The notes: generated by a model from the sequence alone, not told the origin. 63,446 nucleotides of DNA, filler included, from Thermoplasmatota archaeon (GCA_041623215.1; 5 parts of 5 records of this genome joined end to end with filler, not necessarily neighbours in it); one strand, 5' to 3'. Counted from the first letter of the whole stretch, positions 49,687-58,412 are shown. Program-made: numbers and translations.

Positions 49687-49854
49687 TTACTCGAGCGTCG
49701 CGACCACTTCGGCCTTCACCTGGGCACTGCCCGCGGTGGGTTCGGCGAGGGTCGTGCCGCACACTTGGCACTTCACGATGGAAGCGGCGCGGCTGAAGAC
49801 GATTTGCTCGTTGCTGCAATCGGCGCAGCGGACTTTCAGGAAAGCGTTGACCAT
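49687..49854 (-). CDS. rps27e: 30S ribosomal protein S27e
   Basis: FLKVRCADCSNEQIVF..CQVCGTTLAEPTAG. Start trimmed to MVNAF. Confidence 0.95.
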   Translation of the reverse strand: MVNAFLKVRCADCSNEQIVFSRAASIVKCQVCGTTLAEPTAGSAQVKAEVVATLE

Positions 49855-49859
49855 GTTGA

Positions 49860-50138
49860 TTACTCCGTCAGTTCGAACTTCCGCGCACGGATAGCAGCAG
49901 GCTGCTGGATGCGGGAACAGTCGCTGCATGTGTACTTCAGTACGACACGCTTGGTGGGCTTTTCGCGGCCTTCGGGCTTCGGACGAGGGAAACCGCGGTA
50001 ACCGGCGGTGACCCGACGGAAACGGCGTTGACCCCACTTCAGCTCGCTGGCGCGCTTTTTCTTTACACGGTCTACGGCCTGCGCCGTGTGCTTTTCGCAC
50101 TTGGGGCAGTAACGCTTGACACTTCGGGGTTTCTTCAT
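49860..50138 (-). CDS. rpl44e: 50S ribosomal protein L44e (eL42)
   Basis: YCPKCEKHT, WGQRRFRR, KPTKRVVLKYTCSDC. Confidence 0.96.
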   Translation of the reverse strand: MKKPRSVKRYCPKCEKHTAQAVDRVKKKRASELKWGQRRFRRVTAGYRGFPRPKPEGREKPTKRVVLKYTCSDCSRIQQPAAIRARKFELTE

Positions 50139-50244
50139 GCAGATACTCCTGCCTCGACACGTCGACGGGTCATAGCGATCCCGGGGCGCAAGGATATAGG
50201 GAGAGGCAAGCCGCCCGACTTGGAGGTCCTATATCACCGTAACG

Positions 50245-50760
50245 TCAGGGGAGAGATGAGAAGTCCTCGGGCACGTCACCGTCATAGAACACGGTGATGG
50301 CTAGGTCAAAGGGCTGGTCAACGGCGGCGTCTCCGAAGAGCCGAGCAACGTAGCTGCCTTGTTTGGCCAGGTCGCCGGAGGTGGCGGTATGGCGCACGCT
50401 CGTTTCACTTCCGGTCACTCCGCCACTGGGCACCTCGTCGTAGAAGGCGCCATCCTTCAGGACGGTGATGGACAAGTCTTGTTCGGGGTCGCGCCAGCGA
50501 AGCTCGTATAGCACTGCCGTCGCGTTCTTCCCAATCTTGTACTCCATGTCGCGGTCCTCGGCGGCGAACAAGGGTGTGATGCCGCCTGCGGCCAACCGTA
50601 GTGTACCGCTTCGCACGAAGGGCTCGCGCCCGGGGGTGGCGGCAGGGCCGGACTCCTCGTCATCGTCATCAACTGCCGGAGCGGCATCGGGCGTCGAGCC
50701 CAGGCACCCGGCCTGTGCCACGATTAGCATCAAAAGCAAGATGGGCCACGGAGACTGCAT
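50245..50760 (-). CDS. Hypothetical lipoprotein
   Basis: Lipobox AQAGC followed by a PPC-like beta domain (LRWRDPEQDLSITV). Confidence 0.7.
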   Translation of the reverse strand: MQSPWPILLLMLIVAQAGCLGSTPDAAPAVDDDDEESGPAATPGREPFVRSGTLRLAAGGITPLFAAEDRDMEYKIGKNATAVLYELRWRDPEQDLSITVLKDGAFYDEVPSGGVTGSETSVRHTATSGDLAKQGSYVARLFGDAAVDQPFDLAITVFYDGDVPEDFSSLP

Positions 50761-50900
50761 GCACATCCGAGTGCAGGTCACCTCTTGATAGTTGGCCCAA
50801 TCAGCGAAGGTAGAGGTCTGGAGGAAGAAGGAAAAGGGCCTGGCGGCAAACTATGAAGCACGGGGGGCCGCCAGGACTTGGTGTCAGGTGTCAGGGTTGA

Positions 50901-51347
50901 TTAGACCGTGGCCGTTTGCGGGCCGAGCTGCTCCAGGATGCCGGGCAGTCCGCCACCGCCGACGTCGGGGATGGAAATCTTGCTAATCTTTCCATTGTTC
51001 ACATGGAAATTGCACGTCTCGGCGGGCAGTTGGAACGTGTTGCCGTTGGAGACCGCGATGCCCAAGCCCTGCGCAGACAGATCCACGTCAGCAACTTGGC
51101 GGCCGGTGATGCGCACCGTAGACGTGACCGGGCTGGCACCCTCGGGGCCGCTTACCACGTTGAATTTCCAGTCTTCGATGCCATTGCCGAGTGCCGCCAT
51201 GACATCCAAGTAGGCCGTGCGGCCCAGCGGCTGCGGCGCGGCCTGGTGGTCGAAGATGAAATCATCGGCCAGCAGGTGGCTGAGGCGGTCGATGTCGCCG
51301 GCTTCGACGGCGGCAAAGTATTGTCGTACGGTGGTCTTGTCGTCCAT
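50901..51347 (-). CDS. SnoaL/NTF2-like protein
   Basis: VRQYFAAVEAGDIDRLSHLLADDFIF, with a GAGGAGG Shine-Dalgarno upstream of the ATG. Confidence 0.85.
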   Translation of the reverse strand: MDDKTTVRQYFAAVEAGDIDRLSHLLADDFIFDHQAAPQPLGRTAYLDVMAALGNGIEDWKFNVVSGPEGASPVTSTVRITGRQVADVDLSAQGLGIAVSNGNTFQLPAETCNFHVNNGKISKISIPDVGGGGLPGILEQLGPQTATV

Positions 51348-51713
51348 GTGTGTTCCTCCTCGTGGGTCCCGACTTGTGCCGGGAAATGGGGACAAGCACC
51401 TCACTCACATCATGCTTGTATTGTTGCAATCGAACGGACACGGGGAGCTGGTTCCACGGCTTGGCAGGATGCAATTGTTTTGCAATTGTCGCAATGAATT
51501 CTTGGCCGGTTTGCCTGGCGTGCCAAGCCGCGAAGCGGGTGCCAAGCGTGCCTGGAATGATTCGCGTGGATTGGGCCGAAGTGGCGGGTACAACAGGGGT
51601 ACGGGGCCTCAGCGACAAAAGAAAAGGGGGTGGGGCGGCCATGGCGCGTTGGCGCCCGTCATCGGCTGGCCGCCCCGATAGCGTGGGGCCGTTGTTCATT
51701 GCGTGCCGATGAC

Positions 51714-51813
51714 NNNNNNNNNNNNNNNNNNNNNNNNNNNNNNNNNNNNNNNNNNNNTTAATTAATTAANNNNNNNNNNNNNNNNNNNNNNNNNNNNNNN
51801 NNNNNNNNNNNNN
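51714..51813. other. Artificial contig linker
   Basis: N-TTAATTAATTAA-N. Confidence 0.98.
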
Positions 51814-51972
51814 GGACGCGGAGGCCGAGGCGGACGCGGCGTAACCTGGGGCGACCGAGACGACCGTGGCGGCAGAGGCGGACGCGGAGGCCGAGGAGGC
51901 CGCGGCGGAACCTGGGGCGACCGAGACGACCGTGGCGGCAGAGGCGGACGCGGAGGCCGAGGCGGACGCGGC
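51814..51972 (+). repeat. 66-bp coding tandem repeat (22 aa, TWGDRDD-[RGG]5)
   Basis: AACCTGGGGCGACCGAGACGACCGTGGCGGCAGAGGCGGACGCGGAGGCCGAGG recurs at 51843 and 51909. The contig breaks inside the array. Confidence 0.9.
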
Positions 51973-52104
51973 GATGGCGGGCACCGCCAGGACAAGCCGC
52001 GCGGGCCGGGCGCCTTCCGACGCGACAATCAGCCGGCACGACCTCCGGGACGGGGCAACAAGAAGCCACGCAGTTCTGATTCCAGCGAGGGAGGATCGAC
52101 ATGA
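51814..52104 (+). CDS. RGG/GAR-repeat C-terminal tail of a 5'-truncated gene (probably Nop5, inferred from synteny)
   Basis: The only plus frame open from the contig edge: GRGGRGGRGVTWGDRDDRGGRGGRGGRGGRGGTWGDRDDRGGRGGRGGRGGRGDGG...EGGST*. Its TGA overlaps the fibrillarin ATG (ATGA). Confidence 0.8.
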   Translation, partial: GRGGRGGRGVTWGDRDDRGGRGGRGGRGGRGGTWGDRDDRGGRGGRGGRGGRGDGGHRQDKPRGPGAFRRDNQPARPPGRGNKKPRSSDSSEGGST

Positions 52105-52769
52105 AGCCCACGGGCCTCAATGGCGTGTTCTTTGACCGCGGGTTGAAGTGGACCCTGAACCGTGTCCCGGGCCGCAAGATCTACGGCGAGTTGCTACGCC
52201 TGCGCGGCGACGACGAATATCGCGCGTGGAATCCGGGCCGTAGCAAGATGGGTGCGCTCTCGGAAGTCCACCGGTCCCCACCCTGGCCGGGGCCCAAGGA
52301 CTCTGTGCTGTACCTTGGAGCGTCCTCGGGCACAACGGTCAGCCACATCAGCGACATCACGGACGGCACCATTTTCGCTGTTGAATTCAGCCCCCGTTCC
52401 GCGCGAGACCTCTTGTGGAACATGGAGCCCCGGGACAATGTCGTTCCCATCTTGGCAGACGCTGGGGAACCAGCATCGTATGCGTCGTACCTCGCAGACC
52501 ATGTGGATATCCTCATCCAAGACGTGGCCCAGCGCCACCAGGTGGACATTTTCCTGCGCAACATCCCGTTCTTGCGCCCCGGCGGGCACGGCTTCCTCTT
52601 CGTCAAAGGCCGGAGCATTAGTGTCAGCGAGCCACTGCATTCCATTTTCGAAGCAGTCCGGAAGCGCCTCAAGGAGGCCGGCCTCGAAATCGTGGTGGAC
52701 GAAGATTTAGCCCCGTTCGAAGCCGACCATAGGGCAATCGTTGTCCGCCGCCCGGGTGGGCGCGCGTGA
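52101..52769 (+). CDS. flpA: Fibrillarin-like rRNA/tRNA 2'-O-methyltransferase
   Basis: IYGE, YRAWNPGRSK, VLYLGASSGTTVSHISDI, AVEFSPR, NVVPILADA, QDVAQ, LAPFEADH. Confidence 0.96.
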   Translation: MKPTGLNGVFFDRGLKWTLNRVPGRKIYGELLRLRGDDEYRAWNPGRSKMGALSEVHRSPPWPGPKDSVLYLGASSGTTVSHISDITDGTIFAVEFSPRSARDLLWNMEPRDNVVPILADAGEPASYASYLADHVDILIQDVAQRHQVDIFLRNIPFLRPGGHGFLFVKGRSISVSEPLHSIFEAVRKRLKEAGLEIVVDEDLAPFEADHRAIVVRRPGGRA

Positions 52770-53638
52770 CGGTAGTCGAACGCAACGACGAAAACGCCGA
52801 CAGTCACGCCGAGGTTGACGCAGAGTCCAACCATCCAAGGCCGGGGCACCTAGACGCAACCGGGCAAGTCGCCAGCCAGGCGCCAGCACCGGAGGCCAAC
52901 GGCAACCAAGCACCCTCCGACGATGGTGGTGAAGCGTCCCGCATTGCCGGTGAGCTACGCCGCCACATCGAGGACCTCGAGATGGAGCTGCGGCGCCTGC
53001 GCATTGTGCTCTACGCGGCCCTCCGCTTCCTGCTTCCAGCCTCGGCCTTGGGCGCCTTGCTGCTACTGGTCCTCATTCTGCACCCCAACACATACGCCAA
53101 TGTGTACGGCACCATGCTGGTCTTCGCCTTCACTCCAGCGGGCAAGTTTACTGCCAGTCTCGCCATCAGCCAAGGCCTTGGTGTGCTAGAGACCGTCTTT
53201 CTTCTCGGCAGCATTGACGTCATCGTGGGTTGGTTTCTCACCTGGAATTTTCCTGCACTCCACCGCGTGCCGCGCCTTGGCATGGGGCTTCGCCGCCTGG
53301 AAAAGGCTGGGCAGCGAGCGCTCATTGCACGGCCGTGGATTGCCCGGATGGCCTTCATGGGGCTCGTTTTGTTAGTGGCCGTTCCGTTCCAGGGTACGGG
53401 GGCGATTAGTGGCGCCATTGTGGGGCGGCTCATGGGCTTCGGTTCAGCCCGGACCGTCGCGGCCATTGCCATCGGAGGATACGGGGGCGTGGCCGCTGTG
53501 GCTGGCACCAGCCGAGGCATCAGCGCCTTGGCGGACCGACCCCTCATCCAAGCCCTCGTCATCGCGGCGGTCGTCATCGGCGTTGGTTTCTTGGCGTGGC
53601 TATGGCGTCGGGGCAACAAGGCAAGGGTATCCGCATGA
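52766..53638 (+). CDS. Small multi-drug export family (COG2426-like) membrane protein
   Basis: GLVLLVAVPFQGTGAISGAIVGRLMG motif and multiple TM helices. Confidence 0.8.
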   Translation: MTVVERNDENADSHAEVDAESNHPRPGHLDATGQVASQAPAPEANGNQAPSDDGGEASRIAGELRRHIEDLEMELRRLRIVLYAALRFLLPASALGALLLLVLILHPNTYANVYGTMLVFAFTPAGKFTASLAISQGLGVLETVFLLGSIDVIVGWFLTWNFPALHRVPRLGMGLRRLEKAGQRALIARPWIARMAFMGLVLLVAVPFQGTGAISGAIVGRLMGFGSARTVAAIAIGGYGGVAAVAGTSRGISALADRPLIQALVIAAVVIGVGFLAWLWRRGNKARVSA

Positions 53639-54618
53639 ATCATCAGGACACGTACCAGGGCAAGCGCATTGTCGTAACAGGCGGGGCCGGATTCATCGGC
53701 AGTCATGCCGTGGATGCTTTGGTGGCATCCGGGGCCCAAGTGACCGTCCTGGATGATCTTTCCACCGGCAAGAAAGAGTTCCTTTCCAATAGCATCGAGG
53801 CGGTTGAACTGGTGGTCGGCGACGTCCGCGACGAGGCGAAGCTCGATGCTTGCCTCGCCGGTGCGGATGCGGTTTGGCACTTGGCCGCTAATCCGGAAGT
53901 TCGCACTGGGGCAACCGACCCAAGTAGCCACTATGCCCTCAACGTGGATGCCACCTACCGCGTCTTGGAGGGCGTTCGACGCCACGACGTGCCCGCCCTG
54001 GGATTCACATCCACAAGCACGGTGTACGGACCGGCGGCAGTCATGCCCACGCCAGAGGACTACGGACCGCTGCTTCCAATCAGCATCTACGGTGGCGCCA
54101 AGCTAGCCTGCGAGGCCCTCGTGGCATCCTATGCGACGACCTTTGGGTTCAAGGCAAGCCTGTGGCGCTTTGCCAACGTGGTAGGTGCCAGAAGCAATCA
54201 TGGCGTGACGTTTGACTTCGTCCACAAGCTCTTGGCCGACGGGACCCGGCTCCAGATGCTGGGGGACGGAACGCAGTGCAAAAGTTACGTCAGCATCGAA
54301 GACACGGTCGCCGCAATGTTGCACAGTTTTGCCGTTCAGCGCGACCCCGTGGCACCGTGGAACATTGGTAGCGACGATGCGATTCCAGTGCGTGAAATCG
54401 CTGAGATTGTCGCCGAGGTCCTCCAGCTCCAACCCGTCATTGCCACCCAGGGCGGCACCGCCGATGGCGCCGGCTGGGTGGGTGACGTGAAGCACATGCG
54501 CCTCGATACCAGCAAGCTCCAGGCTACGGGCTGGAAGGCAAGCCATCCGTCGTCCGAGGCCATCCGGCGGACGGCCAGGGCCGTGCTATCCGAGGCCAGG
54601 TCCACCAGCACAGCATAG
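53635..54618 (+). CDS. NAD-dependent epimerase/dehydratase (UDP-glucose 4-epimerase-like)
   Basis: TGGAGFIGSH, HLAANP, STSTVYG, YGGAK, RFANVVG, GDGTQCKSY. Confidence 0.92.
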   Translation: MNHQDTYQGKRIVVTGGAGFIGSHAVDALVASGAQVTVLDDLSTGKKEFLSNSIEAVELVVGDVRDEAKLDACLAGADAVWHLAANPEVRTGATDPSSHYALNVDATYRVLEGVRRHDVPALGFTSTSTVYGPAAVMPTPEDYGPLLPISIYGGAKLACEALVASYATTFGFKASLWRFANVVGARSNHGVTFDFVHKLLADGTRLQMLGDGTQCKSYVSIEDTVAAMLHSFAVQRDPVAPWNIGSDDAIPVREIAEIVAEVLQLQPVIATQGGTADGAGWVGDVKHMRLDTSKLQATGWKASHPSSEAIRRTARAVLSEARSTSTA

Positions 54619-54727
54619 TCCCCCAGCACCCCTCGCGGGCGCCGGCCGGGTCATGCGGCTTCGTGTCACCCGACCAAAACCGTCATCAACCAGCCCCCGG
54701 GTCGAAGGAGACGTGGCAAGTTTGAGC

Positions 54728-56170
54728 ATGCGTCGCGTCCTGCCTGGAATCCTAGGTCTAGGCATCGCGATTCTGCTGGTGACCGGCGCGCTCGGCCAAC
54801 CAAATGCCGCCATTGAAGAGTCGTACGACTCCGACTGCTATTCGTGCCATTGGAATTGGTCGCCGGTGGCCATGAAGACCATGTACCGCATCCAACCGCC
54901 CTCCGTGACAGGCGACGTGGGCGGCGTCATGGATATTGTTGTCCAAGTCGATAACGCATGGATTGCGGAGCTGGTCCACTTCGAGCCAGTCCTTGATATC
55001 AGTCAAGCGCCGAGCCTTACCTTTCTGGATGGTCAGGACCCCCTCGTGGAATTGCTGGACGGCACCATCACGGTCAATCCGGCGACCCCCACAGCGCCGC
55101 AAGTTGGAGAGGTTCCCATTCACGTCGCGGGCAACACCACCGATTTGCTGCTACGGGTCACGCCAGTTCGCACCGGACCTACGGGGCCCGACATTACCGT
55201 CCTGGTTTTCCCGCCGGCTCACGACGAACCCGCCCTTACGGTCAACGACGCAGGCCGCGGCGCGGCAGAAACGGTCGCGGTGAGTGGTGCCGATGCCATT
55301 GCGAACCTTGGCCTTGGGGATTGGCGCATTGAAGTCCAGGCCCCGTTCGAGCCAGGCGTCCTAGCTGAGCCACGCTTCACCGTGGACCACCAGGCATACT
55401 ACAACTCAAGCGCCAGTGACCGCCAATTCCTGGTGCGCGACGCCGTCATTGCCGGTGGCGCGTCAACGCTGTTCACTTGGAGCGTGATGGCGGCGGCCGA
55501 GCCGTCGGCGGACGAAGTGGCGCTTGTTACCGTGAACGCCACCGCCTACTATGACCACTCCAGTCCAACCGACCCCGACTACGGCAATTTCACCAAAAGC
55601 ATCGAGGTCCCCGTCAAGTCTGGTGGGGCGGGCAAGGTCACCGTGGGAACGGCGGGAACGGCCGTGGACCCGGCGGCGGTCTTGAACGCGGGACCCAGCA
55701 TGGCCCGCATCAGCGAGGCCGTCGGCTACGCGACAGCATTCTTGCTCATCGGTAGCGTTTGGAGCGGGGGCCTGTTTGGCAAAGCGAGCCGCCGACAATT
55801 GAATCGCGTCTTCAGCTCGGCCCGCCGCCGGGTTGCCTTCCACAACTTCGTTTCATACGGGCTCACGGTTGCTGCGCTGGTGCACCTCATCTTGTTCATC
55901 ATCGAAACCAATTACGAGTGGACGCTGGGCATCATCTGGGGCGGAATTGCCTTCCTGGCGATGATTGGGCTGGGCGTGACGGGTGCAATGCAGGTGCCAA
56001 TGATTCGCCGCTGGAATTACCCCTCGTGGCGCTGGACCCACCTTGTCTTGGCCATTGCGAGCATTGTGTTCACCATTGTCCACCTCCTGCTGGACGGAAC
56101 CAATTTCGGCTTCGTCCAGGAAGCTATTGGCTACGAAGACCCCTTCCCAGACAAGGGCCAGCTTTCCTGA
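54728..56170 (+). CDS. Secreted CxxCH domain fused to a C-terminal ferric-reductase-like (di-heme b) TM domain
   Basis: Signal peptide, DCYSCH, PPC-like beta domain, four TM helices with two H-x13-H pairs (FHNFVSYGLTVAALVH; THLVLAIASIVFTIVH). Confidence 0.8.
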   Translation: MRRVLPGILGLGIAILLVTGALGQPNAAIEESYDSDCYSCHWNWSPVAMKTMYRIQPPSVTGDVGGVMDIVVQVDNAWIAELVHFEPVLDISQAPSLTFLDGQDPLVELLDGTITVNPATPTAPQVGEVPIHVAGNTTDLLLRVTPVRTGPTGPDITVLVFPPAHDEPALTVNDAGRGAAETVAVSGADAIANLGLGDWRIEVQAPFEPGVLAEPRFTVDHQAYYNSSASDRQFLVRDAVIAGGASTLFTWSVMAAAEPSADEVALVTVNATAYYDHSSPTDPDYGNFTKSIEVPVKSGGAGKVTVGTAGTAVDPAAVLNAGPSMARISEAVGYATAFLLIGSVWSGGLFGKASRRQLNRVFSSARRRVAFHNFVSYGLTVAALVHLILFIIETNYEWTLGIIWGGIAFLAMIGLGVTGAMQVPMIRRWNYPSWRWTHLVLAIASIVFTIVHLLLDGTNFGFVQEAIGYEDPFPDKGQLS

Positions 56171-56339
56171 TTCGGCCCAGCCAGCGCACCGCACCAGGCC
56201 CGGGTTGACGAGGCCTCAAGGCTCCACAACGGGCGCTTGTCGGGGGCCACGGCCAACACCCAGTTAGAAACCGCTCGCCCTCCCCCCGTTTGGGTAATGC
56301 ACCGACAAGCCCTAAATCGAGCGGCCATGGTGGAAGCTC

Positions 56340-57617
56340 ATGCGAACAGTGGCCCTTCTAACGGCCTTTCTCTTCTCGACTGTAGCCATGGCCGGATGCA
56401 TGGACCTGGGTGGCGGCGGCGGCAGCGACTACACTCCCCGAACACGGGAATTCATTTTTGTGGTCCCGGCCAGCACGAGTGATACCATCGAGTTATACAC
56501 GAAGAATGACGGCGAAATGATGAGCGTCGTCGCCCTAGGCTTCCAGGAGTCCGACCAAGAGCGATTGGAGGTGCCTAATCCCGAAATTCGAGCCATGGAA
56601 GGCGACACGGTCATTGTGCGCATCATCAACAACAATCCACTCATGCACACGTTCCACTGGCACGGGGGCCTCGTGGAATGGGAAATGGACGGCGTTCCTT
56701 ACCTGAACCAGATGCCCATCCACCAAGGCGAGGAATTCGAATATGTCTTTGAAAACGTCAAGGCGGGTACGTACTGGTACCATTGCCACGTAGATGTGGC
56801 CCATCACATTGACCTCGGCATGTACGGGGCCTTCATCGTGGAGGAGCGCGAGCCCCAGTACGAATACGACCGTGAATTCGTGCTCATGCTGGACGAATGG
56901 GACAATTGCCATGTGCACGGAAACAGGGACCCGGTGGATGGCAGCGAGCAGAGCGGCGAATTCAGCAACCGCGCCGAATGTCTCGAACGATTCCTCCAGG
57001 ACAATCTCGCTCAGAACCAAGCCTCGGCTGCGCCCAGAAACGCTCTATGTGCCCAGAATCCGCCTGAGCCACTGTATAGTCAGCTACAGTGTGATAGTCA
57101 CATGGCCCGCCCACCTCAGCAAACGGACCGTGAATGGTACCCCACAACCTTCCCTGTCTATGCGCCCATTTACAACACGTATCTCATCAACGGCAAGGCG
57201 TTCCCGGATACGGAAACGCTGCCTGTTCAGGAAGGAGAAGCGGTGCGTATTCGCCTCATCAACGTAGGCGAACAGATGCACAGCATGCACTTGCACGGCC
57301 ACAACTTCCTCGTGACCCACCGAGATGGCTATGCCCTGAACCAGGCGGCCTTCCGTGCCGACACCCTCGGCATCATGCCGGGAGAACGTTACGATTTGCT
57401 AGTGCGCGCCGATAATCCAGGCCTGTGGGCGTTCCACGACCACGTCGGCCTCAACGTCATGAATGATGACCACTCGCCCGGCGGCATGTTCACTTGCCTT
57501 GCTTACCAGGGCTTCCACGGCTTCGACGCGCTCAACAGCAATCGAGCCTTGGATTGCATTGACTACGCCCGGACCCAAATTCACGCCGGCCACGACCACG
57601 GCACCCGGAGGTACTGA
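56340..57617 (+). CDS. Two-domain multicopper oxidase lipoprotein (type C, T1 copper in domain 1)
   Basis: Lipobox MAGC. Domain 1 has HTFHWHG and YWYHCH..HHIDLGM; domain 2 has HSMHLHGH and WAFHDH (no T1 Cys). Confidence 0.9.
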   Translation: MRTVALLTAFLFSTVAMAGCMDLGGGGGSDYTPRTREFIFVVPASTSDTIELYTKNDGEMMSVVALGFQESDQERLEVPNPEIRAMEGDTVIVRIINNNPLMHTFHWHGGLVEWEMDGVPYLNQMPIHQGEEFEYVFENVKAGTYWYHCHVDVAHHIDLGMYGAFIVEEREPQYEYDREFVLMLDEWDNCHVHGNRDPVDGSEQSGEFSNRAECLERFLQDNLAQNQASAAPRNALCAQNPPEPLYSQLQCDSHMARPPQQTDREWYPTTFPVYAPIYNTYLINGKAFPDTETLPVQEGEAVRIRLINVGEQMHSMHLHGHNFLVTHRDGYALNQAAFRADTLGIMPGERYDLLVRADNPGLWAFHDHVGLNVMNDDHSPGGMFTCLAYQGFHGFDALNSNRALDCIDYARTQIHAGHDHGTRRY

Positions 57618-57766
57618 TGGCTGACTTGACGTGGGGCGACGTTGTCATTATCGGCATCGTGGCCACTGTAGGCTTCACGCTTCTCTCCTATTGGTTTAGT
57701 GGCGTCATGGACCGGCGGCGCTGGAGCCTCCAGGTGAAACGCGGCCAAACTAAGAAGCGGGACTGA
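57617..57766 (+). CDS. 49-aa single-TM microprotein coupled to the oxidase
   Basis: Absent from the ORF track. TGATG overlap; MADLTWGDVVIIGIVATVGFTLLSYWFSGVMDRRRWSLQVKRGQTKKRD*. Confidence 0.6.
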   Translation: MADLTWGDVVIIGIVATVGFTLLSYWFSGVMDRRRWSLQVKRGQTKKRD

Positions 57767-58361
57767 CGAGTTGAGCGACAGCCTCCACGGCTGCATCGGA
57801 GACTTGGTCTAGCCCCTGCTCGGTATCAAGGACCGTGAAATGCTCCGGGTCGGCTGTGGCCATTGCCTGGTAGGCCCGCTGGACTTTCGTCAGGAAGTCC
57901 GCCTTCTCATAGGGATCCGTGGTGCCGCGTCGCGCCGCCCGCTCGACGCACAGCTGCGGGTCGCCCAACAGGAGCACCACGTGGTCAGGTTCGGGGCACC
58001 AGCCGTCGTGCAGGGACGCGAGCCAAGCAGGAACATCGGGCAACGCGCCCTCAAGGGTGACCGATTGGTAGGCTAATGTCGAATGTACGAAGCGATCGCA
58101 GAGTACCACATCGCCGGCCGCCCTGCGAGCCGAGATTTCCGCCACATGCGCCGCGCGGTCGGCAACGAAGAGCAACGTGGTGGCAATGGGGTCCAAGGAT
58201 TCCTCGCGCGCCCGGCGCACCGCGGCCCCGTGCCAGGTGTCGGTTTCCTCTGCCGTTTCCCAAACGCCATGGCCAGCCTCCTGCAAGTGCTTGGCCACCC
58301 GCCCCATTACGGTTGACTTGCCGGTTCCGTCAATTCCCTCGAAGACGATGAAAGGAGCCAC
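57750..58361 (-). CDS. tmk: Thymidylate kinase
   Basis: FIVFEGIDGTGKST, LLFVADRAAH, LCDRFVHSTLAYQ, PDHVVLL. Confidence 0.95.
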   Translation of the reverse strand: MAPFIVFEGIDGTGKSTVMGRVAKHLQEAGHGVWETAEETDTWHGAAVRRAREESLDPIATTLLFVADRAAHVAEISARRAAGDVVLCDRFVHSTLAYQSVTLEGALPDVPAWLASLHDGWCPEPDHVVLLLGDPQLCVERAARRGTTDPYEKADFLTKVQRAYQAMATADPEHFTVLDTEQGLDQVSDAAVEAVAQLVSPAS

Positions 58362-58382
58362 GAGACGGCGAGTGCGGCGGCC

Positions 58383-58392
58383 CATTAAGAAC
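58383..58392. promoter_or_regulatory. Putative shared TATA element of the divergent tmk / MaoC promoter
   Basis: CATTAAGAAC is the only AT-rich patch in a 51-bp gap, about 25 nt from both start codons. Confidence 0.45.
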
Positions 58393-58412
58393 GCCAGCGT
58401 GCCTGCCACCCT

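Noticed and set aside
51814..51972. Direct repeats that could be read as a CRISPR array
   Set aside because: They are tandem 66-bp units (a multiple of 3) with no unique spacers and no cas genes, and they encode RGG peptide.
51816..52101. A direct in-frame GAR-fibrillarin fusion
   Set aside because: The RGG frame differs from the fibrillarin frame, which has a TGA at 52077-52079. Fibrillarin also has its own GGAGG SD and ATG.
51866..52135. ORF-track protein MAAEADAEAEEAAAEPGATETT and the antisense ASASAS / RPPRPP ORFs
   Set aside because: These are shadow frames of the RGG repeat. The AEADAE frame has a TAA at 51842 in the preceding repeat copy and overlaps fibrillarin.
56340..57617. Copper nitrite reductase (nirK)
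   Set aside because: It has HxHxH motifs in both domains plus HCH and HDH (trinuclear-cluster ligands) and lacks the NirK HNIDFH-type catalytic Asp, so a two-domain MCO fits better.
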